Shown one piece after another: positions 52,901 to 64,000 of a stretch of DNA of 64,000 nt (its first letter is position 1; every line of letters begins with the position of its first letter). The position numbers were made by a program, and so were the translations under genes. A model generated the notes under the pieces. It did not search any database, had not been told where the DNA came from, and was given only the letters and a program-made list of their open reading frames with translations. The stretch is from an uncultured Actinomycetes bacterium (GTDB lineage Bacteria > Actinomycetota > Thermoleophilia > UBA2241), in NCBI GenBank assembly GCA_963725665.1, contig CAVRZA010000006.1:514069-578068 (forward strand). Reading direction: 5' to 3'.

Positions 52901-54113
52901 ATGAGCGGCGAGTCAGCCGCAACACGGTCCGGAGCTCGCCCTCCTGCTTCTCCTGCTCAAGGACCCGGCAGATGCCGAGTCGGCACACATCGCCACTGCG
53001 CTCCGTTCCGTAGATGAGGCAGCCTTCAGCGACCTGTGCCTTCGCCACCGCTTGACCGCGCTGGTCGTACGCCGACTGGTGCAGGCAGGCGTTCCGCCGG
53101 AGGAGCTCGACGGGCTGCAAGCCGACGCGGAGACCCTTCGACGGCAAAGCCTCCTCATGTTCGCGGCACTCGTGCGCCTGGTGCACCGATTCAACGAGTG
53201 CGAGATCCCGTGCCTGGTGTTCAAGGGCCCAGTGTTGTCGGAACTCGCCTACGGCGACCTCTCACTGAGGAGCTTCGTCGATCTGGACCTGCTGCTGCCA
53301 CGAGGGCAGCTTCGCCGAGCCGTCGAGCGCTTGACCACGGCCGGTCTCGTCCCCTCGGTGCCGCTGCCTGACAACGAGGCGTACTTCACGCGCTGGGGCA
53401 ATCAGTTCGAACTGGCCGATGACCAGGGAGACATTCACGTCGAGCTCCATTGGGAGTTGGAAGCCGGGCTGCAGGGGTCGCCTCTCGGCTGCGACGAGCT
53501 GCTGCGGCGTTCGCAGACGATCGACGTCGGTGAAGTGAGCCTGCGGACTCTGTCGCTGCCCGACCAGCTTCTCATGCTGGCCATCCACGCAGCGAAGCAC
53601 CGCTGGCTTCCACTAGAGCCGCTGATAGCCTTCGGCCGGCTCGTCGAAGCCCACCCGCAGCTCGATTGGGCGGAGACGCTGCGCTTGGCGACCGACAGCG
53701 GCACGCGGCGGCGGTTCCTGCTCACCATCGCGCTGACGAAGTCGTTCACCGCCGCCGCCTTTCCCGCGTGGCTCGTCGACTCGGCCGAGCGGGAGCCGGG
53801 GCTCGACGCGCTGAGGCGACGCGTCGAAGATGACTACTTCGCCGACAAGCCGTACCGCGCGGACTTGCCCGAGCGCCTGGGGGAGCTGCGCTGGGAGTTC
53901 GCCATCCGCGAGCGGCGGCGCGACGCCATCGAAGAGACCGTCAAGCGCCTCTTCTGGCCCCGGCCGGAGGACTGGGAGGCCGTGCGGCTGCCCGAGTCGC
54001 TGCTCTGGGCCTACTACGGGCTGAGGCCGATCAGGCTGGCCGGCAAGTTCGCGCGCGGTGGTCTTGGGCGGGCGCGCGAGCGCCTCGGCGCTCGCGCGCC
54101 CGCCCGCAACTGA
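52901..54113 (+). CDS. Nucleotidyltransferase family protein (NTP_transf_5-like, as in lasso/RiPP clusters; early frameshift)
   Basis: LVFKGPVLSELAYGDLSLRSFVDLDLLL, VELHW, LAIHAAKHRW and LYYxLRP-type C-terminus. The frame extends upstream as PELALLLLLL. Confidence 0.85.
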
Positions 54114-54184
54114 GCCCACATTTGCGACCACCATCCGTGTCGCCTATCATGGCGACATTCGTATGGACCTGGGGAGCTGCTAGG

Positions 54185-55805
54185 GTGGAATCTGGAAGCC
54201 CCAACCTGACCCTCCGTGACGCATTCAGCATCGTCTGGCGGCGCAAGTGGCTGATCGTGTTCATGGTGGTGGCCCTAACGGCCGCCGCCTACTCATTCTC
54301 GGCGCGTCAGCCCAAGCAGTATGTGGCCTCGACGAAGCTCATGTACGAGAAGCAGATCGACGTGGCGAACCCCCTCACCGGCAACAGCTACACCGATCCC
54401 GGCGAGCGCAACCTCGAGCTGCAGAGCGTGGGCGAAGCGCTGCAGAGCCCCGAGGTGCAGCGCTTCGCCGGCCAGAAGATGGGCGGACTGCCCCCCGAGG
54501 CCAGCTTCAGCATCACCGCGACGCCCGTCAGCACGAACCAGAACTACAGCAACGTCGTCGAGATCTCGGTCCAGTCGCAGGATCCCAACCGGTCGGCGCG
54601 ACTGGCAAACGCCTACGCGGCCGGCTTCATCGAGTGGCGCAAGCAGCAGGAACGGCAGCAGATCACGCGCGCCATCACGGTGCTCGACCAGAAGATCAAG
54701 GCGTACGGCGCGGGGGCCGCAAACGTGCCCGACTACATCTCGATGCAGCAGCGCCTGCACGACCTGCAGATCCTCTACGCCACCGTCACCGGCAACTACA
54801 CCGTCATCACCCCGGCGGTGCCCGACCCGACGCCGGTCGCGCCGCGGCCGATGCGATCGGCCGCCCTCGGCTTCGCCGTCGGCCTCTTCGCCGCGATCGG
54901 CCTCGCCTTCTTGCTGGAGCAGCTCGACACGCGCGTGCGCACCGTCAACGACGTGAGCGCCTCGCTCGACCTGCCCGTCCTCGGCCGCATCCCCGAAGTG
55001 GCCAGCCAGAGCGCTGCGCCAGGGCTCCATCATCGCCGCGCACGACCCCGACAGCGCCACCGCCGAAGCCCTGCGCGTGCTGCGCACGAACCTCGAGTTC
55101 ATCGGCGTCGACGGCGACGTCAAGTCGTTGCTGATAACGAGCTGCGGCCAGGGCGACGGCAAGACCCTCACCGTCTGCAATCTCGCCTTCACGCTGGCCA
55201 TGGCCGGCAACCGGGTCGTCGTGGTCGACGGCGATCTGCGCCGCCCCAAGGTGCACACCTACTTCAAGCTCTCCAACGACATCGGCCTCTCGACGGTTAT
55301 CAGCGGCAAGACGCCTCTGGTCGAGGCGCTGAGACCCTACGAGACCTACGTGTCGGGGAACAACGGCGACAACGGCAAGCAGGCCGCGAAGGGCAGCCGC
55401 CTGCTCGTGCTGACCGCGGGTCCCAAGCCGCCCAACCCGGGCGAGATGATCGCCTCACGCCGTCTCGACGTCTTGATGCGCGAGATCAAGGGCGCGCACG
55501 TCGATTTCGTGCTTGTCGACTCGCCCGCCTTCATGCCGGTGGGAGATGCCGGCGAGCTGGCGCGCAGCGTCGATGCCTGCGCCCTGCTGGTCGACATGGC
55601 CACCATCACGAAACCGCTCCTCGAGGAAGCCAGGGAGTTCCTGCGCCGCGTGCCCTGCCAAAAGGCCGGCATCGTGGCGGTGCGTGAGAAGGCCGGCTCG
55701 CGCTACTACCGCTCGGGCTACTACCTCCACGAAGAGCTGACACGGCCGCGCGGGGGGGACATGACAGCCACGACAGGAGCTAGGGTTTGCCCGTCTGGGA
55801 AGTAG
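54185..55805 (+). CDS. Polysaccharide co-polymerase/tyrosine autokinase (Wzz-Wzc/CpsCD fusion; frameshift near 55015)
   Basis: WRRKWLI, Pro-rich TM region PVAPRP, EALRVLRTNL, SCGQGDGKT, VDGDLRRP, VDSP and a Tyr cluster RYYRSGYY. Confidence 0.85.
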
Positions 55806-57256
55806 TGCTTCACCACGACGTCAGGGCGCCTGACTTCCTCTCGACCCATCACCTCGTCACCCGCTATTTCCTTCGTCGTGCCCTCAGCGTCGCGGCCCTC
55901 ATCACCATCGACGCCGGCAGCATCTTCATCGCCATGCTCTTCCTGCAGGCGCTCCTGCCGCTCGGCGTCGCGCCGGGTCCCGACATGCTTCACGTGCTCC
56001 CGTTCATCCCCATGGCTCTGTTGGTGTTCGCCCTCTACGGCCTCTACGGCACGCGGCGCCGGCGGCACGATTGGGTGCACATCCTCAAGGCGGGCAGCTA
56101 CGTCGTCCTCGTCGACGATCGTCGTGCGCGTGCTGACCAACCTGCACCCGCACGCGGGCCTGCTGATGGTCTGGGCCCTGGGGCTGCTCCTGTTGCTCGC
56201 CGGCCGCTACGCCTACGACTACCTGCTCAAGCTCATCTACGGCGGGCAGGTCGACGTGGAGCGCGCCTTGCTGCTCGGCGGTTGCGAGGCGTGCAGCGAG
56301 GTGGTCGAGTCGCTGCGCCCCCCGCGCGACTGCGCGAGCGCACGGCTGATCGGCGTCGTCGGTGAGGAGACGCATCCCCGCGAGTGGCAGGACGCCGCCG
56401 GCCTGCGCTCGCTCGGGTCGTACGAAGACCTCGAGCGCATCGTCGACACGCAGCACGTGGACCAGCTCATCGTGGCCGACTACGAGATCGAGCGGCGCCA
56501 CCTGCCCGCGCTCATCGAGCTCTGCCGGCGCAGGGACCTGGACCTCAAGCTGGCCAACCTCGAGATGCGCTTCGGGCCGGGCAGCGTCTGCCTCGTCCCC
56601 GGCATCGAGGAGCCCATCTTCGTCGTGCGCGAGTCGTTCACCGGCGCGCTCCCGTGGTTTGCCAAACGGATCGCCGACCGGCTGGCGGCGGCGCTCCTCC
56701 TCGTGCTGCTCTCGCCCGTGTTCCTGGTCATCGGCGTCCTCATCAAGGCCACGTCGCCGGGACCCGTGTTCTTCGTCGACACGCGCGTCGGTCTCGGTCA
56801 GAAGACCTTCAGGTGCTTCAAGTTCCGCACCATGTACGAGAACGCAGCCGAGCTGCAGGCCGAGCTGGAGGCGCGCAACGAGGCCGACGGGGCCATCTTC
56901 AAGATCAGGGACGACCCGCGCGTCACGCCGCGTCGGGCGCTTTCTGCGCGCCGAGCCTCGACGAGCTGCCGCAGCTCATCAACGTGCTGCAAGCGGCGAC
57001 ATGAGCCTGGTCGGGCCGCGGCCGCTGCCGCTGCGCGACAACGAGCTGCATGCGAGGCCTGGCACAAGCGCCGCCACGTCGTGCTGCCCGGCATCACCGG
57101 CCTGTGGCAGGTCAGCGGGCGCAGCGACACCTCGTTTCGACGAGATGATCGACCTCGACTTCCAGTACATCGAGATCGTGGTCGCTCTGGCTCGACCTCT
57201 CCATCCTCTGGCAAGACCGCTGGGCGGCCGTCCTCAGGTCGCAGGGCGCCTACTGA
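55787..57256 (+). CDS. Polyprenyl-phosphate glycosylphosphotransferase (WcaJ/WbaP-like; multiple frameshifts)
   Basis: [43 protein letters not shown] and [13 protein letters not shown] motifs. Confidence 0.88.
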
Positions 57257-57283
57257 TGACGCACGTCGCAGAAAGGAGCGACC

Positions 57284-58231
<948 letters not shown>

Positions 58232-58237
58232 CCGGAC

Positions 58238-59878
58238 TTGGCTGACGACGAGCTCCGGAGTGAGCGGCCCGGGCGACGCGGGCCGGACCGCACCGGAGGC
58301 CGAGGCGACAGCCGGAGCGAGATCAGCAGAGCCTCACCGCCGCGACCGTCCACGGCCTCAAGTGGAGCTACACCTCCACGTTCGTCAACGCCGTGCTGCA
58401 GATCGGCGTCACGGCCGTGCTCGCCCGCCTGCTCACGCCGAGCGCCTTCGGCCTGGTGGCCATGGCGGGCGTCTTCCTGCGCTTCGGCCAGTACTTCGCG
58501 CAGATGGGCGCCGGCCAGGCCGTGGTGCAGCGGCCCGAGCTCAGCGAGCGCGACGTGCACAGCGCGTTCACCTCGTCGCTGCTCGTCGGCGCGGCCTTCT
58601 GCGGCGCTGTTCGTGGCCCTGGCGCCGCTGGCCGCGCTGCTCTTCCCGCGACACCCCCGGCGTGGTCGCCGTGACGCGAGTGATGTCGCTCACCTTCGTC
58701 ATCGGCGGCCTCACGGCCGTGACGCAAGGCCTCCTGCGACGCCGCTTCGCCTTTCAGCGCCATCGCCCTGACCGAGATCGGCACCTTCGTGCTCGGCTAC
58801 GCCCTGGTGGGCCTGATGCTCGCCGTTCTTGGGGTTCGGCGCCTGGAGTCTCGTCGCCGCGTCACTTAGTCGCGGGCGCGCTGGCGGCCGCGATCTACCT
58901 GGTCCTGTGCCGCCGCGACATCGGCTTCGGTCTGCCAGTGGGCTCCCTGAAGTCGATCTACTCGTTCGGGGGCCGCGTGTCGCTCATCGGCTTCGGTGAG
59001 TTCATCGGCAGCAACCTCGACACCCTGTGGGCGGGCCACTTCTTAGGCTCGGCGGCCACGGGCCTGTACACACGCGCGACCAACCTCGCCAACGTGCCGC
59101 TGTACTACCTCACCACGAGCCTTTCTCGGGTACTCATGCCGGCCTACAGCCGCATCCAGTCCGAGCGCGAACGGCTCGAAGTCGGTCTACCTGACGACCA
59201 TCACCGTGGTCGGCGCCATCGCCATGCCGATCTCGTGGGGCGTCGCGGCCGCCGCCCACGAGGTCATCGTCGACGCTGCTCGGGCGGTCAGTGGCTGGCG
59301 CGCCGTGCCGGTGCTGGCCGTTCTGGCACTCGCCGTGCCCTTCACCCTCCTCACCACTTCGGCGCCATCCTCTGCGAGGCAACGGCGACCCTGAACGTGA
59401 AGATCGCCATCACGGTCGGCCGCATCGGATGGCTCGCCGCCCTGTTCGTGGTGTCTGGCGCGCTTCGGCATCGTCGGCATCGCCACGGCGTTCGCACTCT
59501 CGGAGCTCGACCACCCACGTCGCCTACCTGCTGGTGATGAGGCGGCTGCTGACGCTCAGCCTCGCCGACCTGCGGCGGGCCTATTCACTAGGTCTGGCCG
59601 CCGGCGTCGTGACCGGGCTGGCGCTGCTTGGCCTCCACGCCGGCCTCACCGGCCTGGGCTGGCCGGCGCCGGCGGTGCTCGCCGTGCAGGTCGCGGTCGG
59701 AGCTCTCTGCTTGCTCGGCACCGTCACCAAGGCGCGCGAGGGGGTGGTGTGGCGGGAGATCCGCACCCGACTCAGCGAGGCCGGCCACGGGCCCAAGGTC
59801 TCGGGTGTCACGGCATGGATCATCGGGCGAATGGACTCTCTGGCCGGAGGTACGGCTCCGAAGCCTCCTGCTGGCTGA
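58238..59878 (+). CDS. Wzx-type polysaccharide flippase (WzxC-like; multiple frameshifts)
   Basis: VLARLLTPSAFGLVAM, QMGAGQAVVQR, NLDTLWAGHFLGSAATGLYTRA and RVLMPAYSRIQ motifs. Confidence 0.85.
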
Positions 59879-60150
59879 CCGACCCGATCATCCGGGCAGG
59901 CCGGCCGACGGCGATGGTGTCGGGGGGCACGTCGTCTGCCACCACGCTTCCAGGGGCCGCGTCGTCCGTTGCCGCAATTTGCGAGCCCTCGGACGAGCTT
60001 GCGCTCGAGCATCTCAGCGATCTGTCCTCGGCACCTGGTACCAGGCATCGTTTCGAAGGGAATACGGCTCTTGCCAATGAGCACCGGGTCGAACTTCGGG
60101 GCTGGCACCAGAACCACCCGGAGAGATACCGGGAGGCGCCGAATGAGCGG
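59860..60150 (-). pseudogene. Degenerate hexapeptide-repeat acyltransferase fragment
   Basis: Only the C-terminal motif is recognisable: APGSVVADDVPPDTIAVGRPARMI. Confidence 0.45.
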
Positions 60151-60189
60151 TCCGCCGTCCCTACGCATTCATTCCGCGGACAAGCCGCT

Positions 60190-61109
60190 CGGACCCGCTC
60201 CACTGCTCCAATCCATGTAGACGCCACGCGCGGTCGACGTCGAGGAGGCAACCAAGGATCCTTGGCACGAATGGCGTTGGAGCACGCCTTGCAGATTGTC
60301 GCATCATCGAAGCCGTCGAGTTGGTTGGCCTGCACCAGACTGCGCATCCCGTCTGAGTCGAACAGCGAGGAATAGGGCTGCGACAATAGGTTACCCAGCG
60401 GGTGACTGAGGCCGTAGTCCATGCAGCATAGAACCACATCACCGTTCGGCAAGACGACGTTGTGATCGTAGCTGGGCGTGGATTGGCATGCGACCGGATA
60501 ATGGTGCCTAACCTGAGCAGCGCGATCCTCGTCAACTGTACCTGCCCGGGATTGGGCCAAGAAATGGCCTAACCGGCGAGGCAAAAGGTCCGCAACTGCC
60601 GGATGCACCCTGCCATTCGGGCTCATGGTCATCATCTGCAACCCTCCGCGATTGCCGCGCCGCCGCATGAGCGAGTCATCGACGAGAGGACTTCCGCCAC
60701 GTGAGCGTGGTACTCGGGAGACGGACGAAACCCGCTCCATGTTGTCTTGGGCATCCGGAAGGTGCAGGCAAAACGGGTTCTCACGGGTAAAGTGGTCCAG
60801 GTGTTCGATTAGTGACGCAACACCTCCATCCGACATGCCCACCAATGTCGTGTATACGGCAACACGGTGCCCCTTTTCGAGGACGTGGAGGAACATCCCG
60901 GTCGCTTCGCGCGCAGACCAAGGCTCGGCCATCCCCGAGAAATCGATGCGCACGTCGTCGGGGACGGTCGACATCACGGACCTGAAGTCCTTAAGGGTGA
61001 GTTCGCGGGCGGCTCCTCGCGGATAGCGCGAGTGCAGCAGCCGCTGCGGACAGCAGCGGCATGCGAGAGGGCAACCGACCACTGTCGTGATCTCTAAAGT
61101 CGGACGCAT
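60190..61109 (-). CDS. Radical SAM protein with SPASM/twitch domain in the polysaccharide locus (end uncertain)
   Basis: LEITTVVGCPLACRCCPQ, FSGMAEP, SRAG, and C...HNVVLPNGDVVLCCMDY...LGNL...CKAC. Confidence 0.8.
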
Positions 61110-61309
61110 TTCACCCGCTTTCTGCCTCGGCGCTTGCTTCTGGCCGCATCGCTGCACTGCACAGGGTTCCGCGGTTCGCCATCAAGACTCGCCTTGGTGT
61201 AAGCGTGCTCGCTGTGCCAGTCGGCCGAGGCGGCTCGCCACGGTCAGCATGTCCAGCGTCAAGTCCTGTGCCGTGCGCAGGATCGGCCTCGCAGTCCGCT
61301 CATGCCACC

Positions 61310-61950
61310 TCATCGTTCGTACGCCGTCCATCCGTATGCGCTCGTAGGTGCTTCGAGCGTCGGATCGATACGACGATAGAGTTCGATCTTCCTCAGCACC
61401 AGGTCAGGCTTCGCTGACCCGTAGTGCGCAATCCTGAAGTGTGTCGGTCGCGCCAGGCCCCTGACGTCCAAGATCAGACCGTTGTTGAATGGCAGCATCG
61501 CAAAGCGCGCCGTCGGAGTGTCGCGCCACATGACGCGGTCATGCCCTGCCAAGTACCACAGCCAGAAGGGACGCACCGAATTCTGTGTCGTTCACCATGT
61601 GGAAGCGCCTGAACCAGTACTTCGTCCACAGCCGAGACGCCATCATCTTCTCGACCACAGGACGCGTCAGCGCAGCCTCGGGTATCTCATCAACGTCGAG
61701 CCACACCATCCAGTCGGCCTTGCGTTCTCTGGCGAGCGTCAGCAGAAGGTTCTTGTCTCGCCCTTCATCGAAACCGACCGTCTCGGCAATTCGAGTCACC
61801 AGACTGCAGCTTCGACAGGATCTCCATGGTCGCATCGGTCGAGCCGTTGTCCACGACGACGACCTCGTCGGCGAAGGTGGACACGGCAGATAGCCAGTCT
61901 GCAAGGTAGGGCTCCCCATCCTTCACCCTAAGGAGTGCGATGAGTCGCAT
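61310..61950 (-). CDS. Glycosyltransferase family 2 (frameshifted; true end uncertain)
   Basis: MRLIALLRVKDGEPYL...VVVDNGSTDAT in one frame; FDEGRDKN...WMVWLDVDE in another. Confidence 0.75.
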
Positions 61951-62089
61951 GGCCCCCATCCCTACCCTCCTTATGGCAAGCCGCACAAGCCGACCAGCCA
62001 GCCGGTAGGTGGCCCGGGTTCCGCTTTGGCCAGGCAGAGCGTCCCGCAGTCGCCGCACTGGCGGCCGCGTCCCGCGGATTGGTGTAACC

Positions 62090-62574
62090 TCCGCGTGACT
62101 CCTCGTCTCTAAAGTTCACCTCATCGGAGCCAGCAGCGCGGCGACCACCTCCTTCTGACGGCGTCAGAAAGAGCGGCGCGATCTCACGGCCGCCTACCAG
62201 TTTTACTGCAAGAAAACGCTGGTCGGCGCTCATGGCGCCCGGGCCGATGCCCTGGCCAGCATGGAAGTCGTCCTCGCGCAAATCCAGCACTACAAGGATC
62301 TGCCGCAGGATGTTCCCGGACTTCACGGCTTCTGCAACAAGCAGGATGAACGCTTCGTGGACAGTCGGGGAAAGATCATGTGGAAAGACGGCGAGGCCGC
62401 ATTCAATTTCGGAAAATACAAAGGGGAATTTTCCGCACCATGGTCAAAGATCACCGCGACTACATGGAGTGGATGGTCAATGAAGGGAAATTCCCTCAGG
62501 ACGTCATCGACATCATCTGGCGCGCCCTGCGCGACGATTTTCCAACCAAGGTAAAAACCGCGGATCCCGCGTAA
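62090..62574 (+). CDS. 3'-5' exonuclease (DnaQ/epsilon-like), C-terminal fragment, frameshifted
   Basis: ERRDLTAAYQFYC..L.GAHGA.AD...FNFGKYKG...YMEWM. Confidence 0.7.
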
Positions 62575-62646
62575 CTCGGACGCCCCTCGGTCTTTTGATA
62601 TAATCCGTTTATGGTTGCCCGCCAAACCCCATCGCTTTCCCCAAAA

Positions 62647-64000
62647 ATGACCCTCTCTCCTGAGCACGAGGTCGAAATTCGACTGTTTGGGGAGAGCATC
62701 CGGAATCTCGAGGGTGGTCAGCTCGATTCCGACGATTTCCGCCGCTTCCGCCTGGAAAACGGAGTCTACGGCATCCGAAACTCCACCGACGAGCACATGA
62801 TCCGCATCAAGATTGGTGGAACCTCACGTCGGATGAGCTGGATGTCGTCGCCGATGTCGTCAACAAGTACACCCGGGCAAGCTCGGTCACGTCACGACCC
62901 GCCAGGCGATCCAGATCCACCGAATTCATCGCCGCGACGTCCTGGCCGCGCTCAAAGCCTTTGCCGAGTGCGGTCTGACCACCCGGGAAGCCTGCAAAAG
63001 TGCATCGCCAACGTCACCGCCTGCCATTTTGCCGGCACCTCTCCGGAGGAAGCGTTTGATGTGCGCCCCTACGCGGAAACGGTGGCCAATTACTTCCTGC
63101 GCAACCCGCTTTGCCAGAACATGCCGCGGAAGTTCAAAATCGCTTTTGAGGGCTGCCCGACGGATCACATCCGCATTCCCATCCATGATTTTGGCGCCGT
63201 GGCCAAACTCAGGGACATTGACGGGAAAAAGGTCCGGGGATTCCAGTGCTACATCGGCGGCGGCCTTGGAGCCACACCGAACTCCCGCACAGCTCTCGAA
63301 GATTTCACTCCCGAAGAGCTGCTGATCCCCAGCATAGAAGCCACGATCCGCATTTTTGACCGCCACGGGAACCGCAAAGACAAGGCCCGGGCGCGCCTGA
63401 AGTTCGTCCTGAAAGAGTGGGGCATCGAGAAAATGCGCGAAGCCATACTCGAGGAACGCAAAATCGCGATCCTGACGCGTTCCGGCCGGGTTCCCAATTT
63501 CACGATCAATCCCAACGCCTTCGACGAATCGGCTCCGGTCGTCGAACTTCCGGCCTCGATTCCCGTACCCCAGGACGCCGGATATACCCGCTGGGCCCTG
63601 ACCAATGTAAAGCGACAGAAACAGGTCGGCCATGTGTCGGTTCTGGTGCGCTGTCTCCTCGGGGATATGACCGTCCCCCAGATGCACGCGCTCGCGGCGA
63701 CCGCCCGAAAATACTGCGGAGGCCGTCTGCGCACAGCGATCACCCAGAATATGGTCATGCAGTGGGTTCCAGAGAAGGCCCTCCCTTTGGTCTACGCCGA
63801 GCTCCTGAAGGCAGGACTCGCCGAAGCCAACGCGGAACGGGTGGCCGACATCACCCGCTGCCCGGGCGCCGACACCTGCCAGATCGCGATTACCCATTCT
63901 CGAGGCCTGGCCGCGGCCCTCACCCCCATTTTCAGCAATGGACTGGCCACAGCGGAGGAGCTTCAGGACATCAAAATCAAGATTTCCGGTTGTTTTAACT
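62647..64000 (+). CDS. Siroheme sulfite/nitrite reductase, N-terminal part (frameshifts at the 5' end; runs off the window)
   Basis: FRRFRLENGVYG, MIRIK, HVTTRQAIQ, REAC...NVTAC, MPRKFKIAFEGC, IGGGLG, RARLKF, DITRCPGADTCQIAIT and IKISGC; TG-N-TATAAT promoter at about 62596-62604. Confidence 0.88.
   Translation, partial: MTLSPEHEVEIRLFGESIRNLEGGQLDSDDFRRFRLENGVYGIRNSTDEHMIRIKIGGTSRRMSWMSSPMSSTSTPGQARSRHDPPGDPDPPNSSPRRPGRAQSLCRVRSDHPGSLQKCIANVTACHFAGTSPEEAFDVRPYAETVANYFLRNPLCQNMPRKFKIAFEGCPTDHIRIPIHDFGAVAKLRDIDGKKVRGFQCYIGGGLGATPNSRTALEDFTPEELLIPSIEATIRIFDRHGNRKDKARARLKFVLKEWGIEKMREAILEERKIAILTRSGRVPNFTINPNAFDESAPVVELPASIPVPQDAGYTRWALTNVKRQKQVGHVSVLVRCLLGDMTVPQMHALAATARKYCGGRLRTAITQNMVMQWVPEKALPLVYAELLKAGLAEANAERVADITRCPGADTCQIAITHSRGLAAALTPIFSNGLATAEELQDIKIKISGCFN

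Noticed and set aside
48933-54113. Lasso peptide or PQQ biosynthesis cluster
   Set aside because: There is no asparagine-synthetase-like lasso cyclase or B2 transglutaminase-like protease, no pqqB or pqqC, and the precursor lacks the PqqA ExxxY motif.
59820-61157. 445-aa radical SAM-acyltransferase fusion
   Set aside because: The middle of the ORF is non-protein-like in an error-rich region. Separate genes joined by indels is more likely.

Overview
High-GC bacterial DNA that looks like Actinomycetota, probably an anaerobic Thermoleophilia-like MAG (inferred from gene content, GC level and leaderless genes). Many genes carry single-base frameshifts, increasingly from about 32 kb and densely after about 55 kb, which points to low-coverage long-read errors rather than real pseudogenes. 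From left to right: (1) 1-9.7 kb, a Mo/W-cofactor region with partial moaA, mop, and tupABC plus a coupled surface protein behind a P3-less Moco/Wco riboswitch, then two aldehyde dehydrogenases and a MoaD/ThiS protein. (2) 11-15.4 kb, an S6:S18 leader, rpsF-ssb-rpsR-rplI, and dnaB with a 419-aa LAGLIDADG intein. (3) 15.4-48.8 kb, scattered purine genes (purC, purA, purD, purE, purB) among transporters, a hicB-hicA pair with an amber codon in hicA, a non-pyrrolysine MttB-family gene, a broken MerR gene and a solo IS3-family end. (4) 48.9-54.1 kb, the most interesting part: a RiPP-like peptide-modification cassette (HPr-kinase-like kinase, PqqD/RRE, S26-like peptidase with Cys at the catalytic Ser position fused to a GNAT-like domain, radical SAM/SPASM enzyme, an unannotated ~50-aa precursor with its own promoter, and a nucleotidyltransferase). 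It runs straight into (5) 54.2-62 kb, a Wzc/WcaJ/Wzx polysaccharide locus. (6) After about 62.05 kb composition and codon usage change abruptly (exonuclease fragment and a sulfite/nitrite reductase), probably a chimeric join from another organism.
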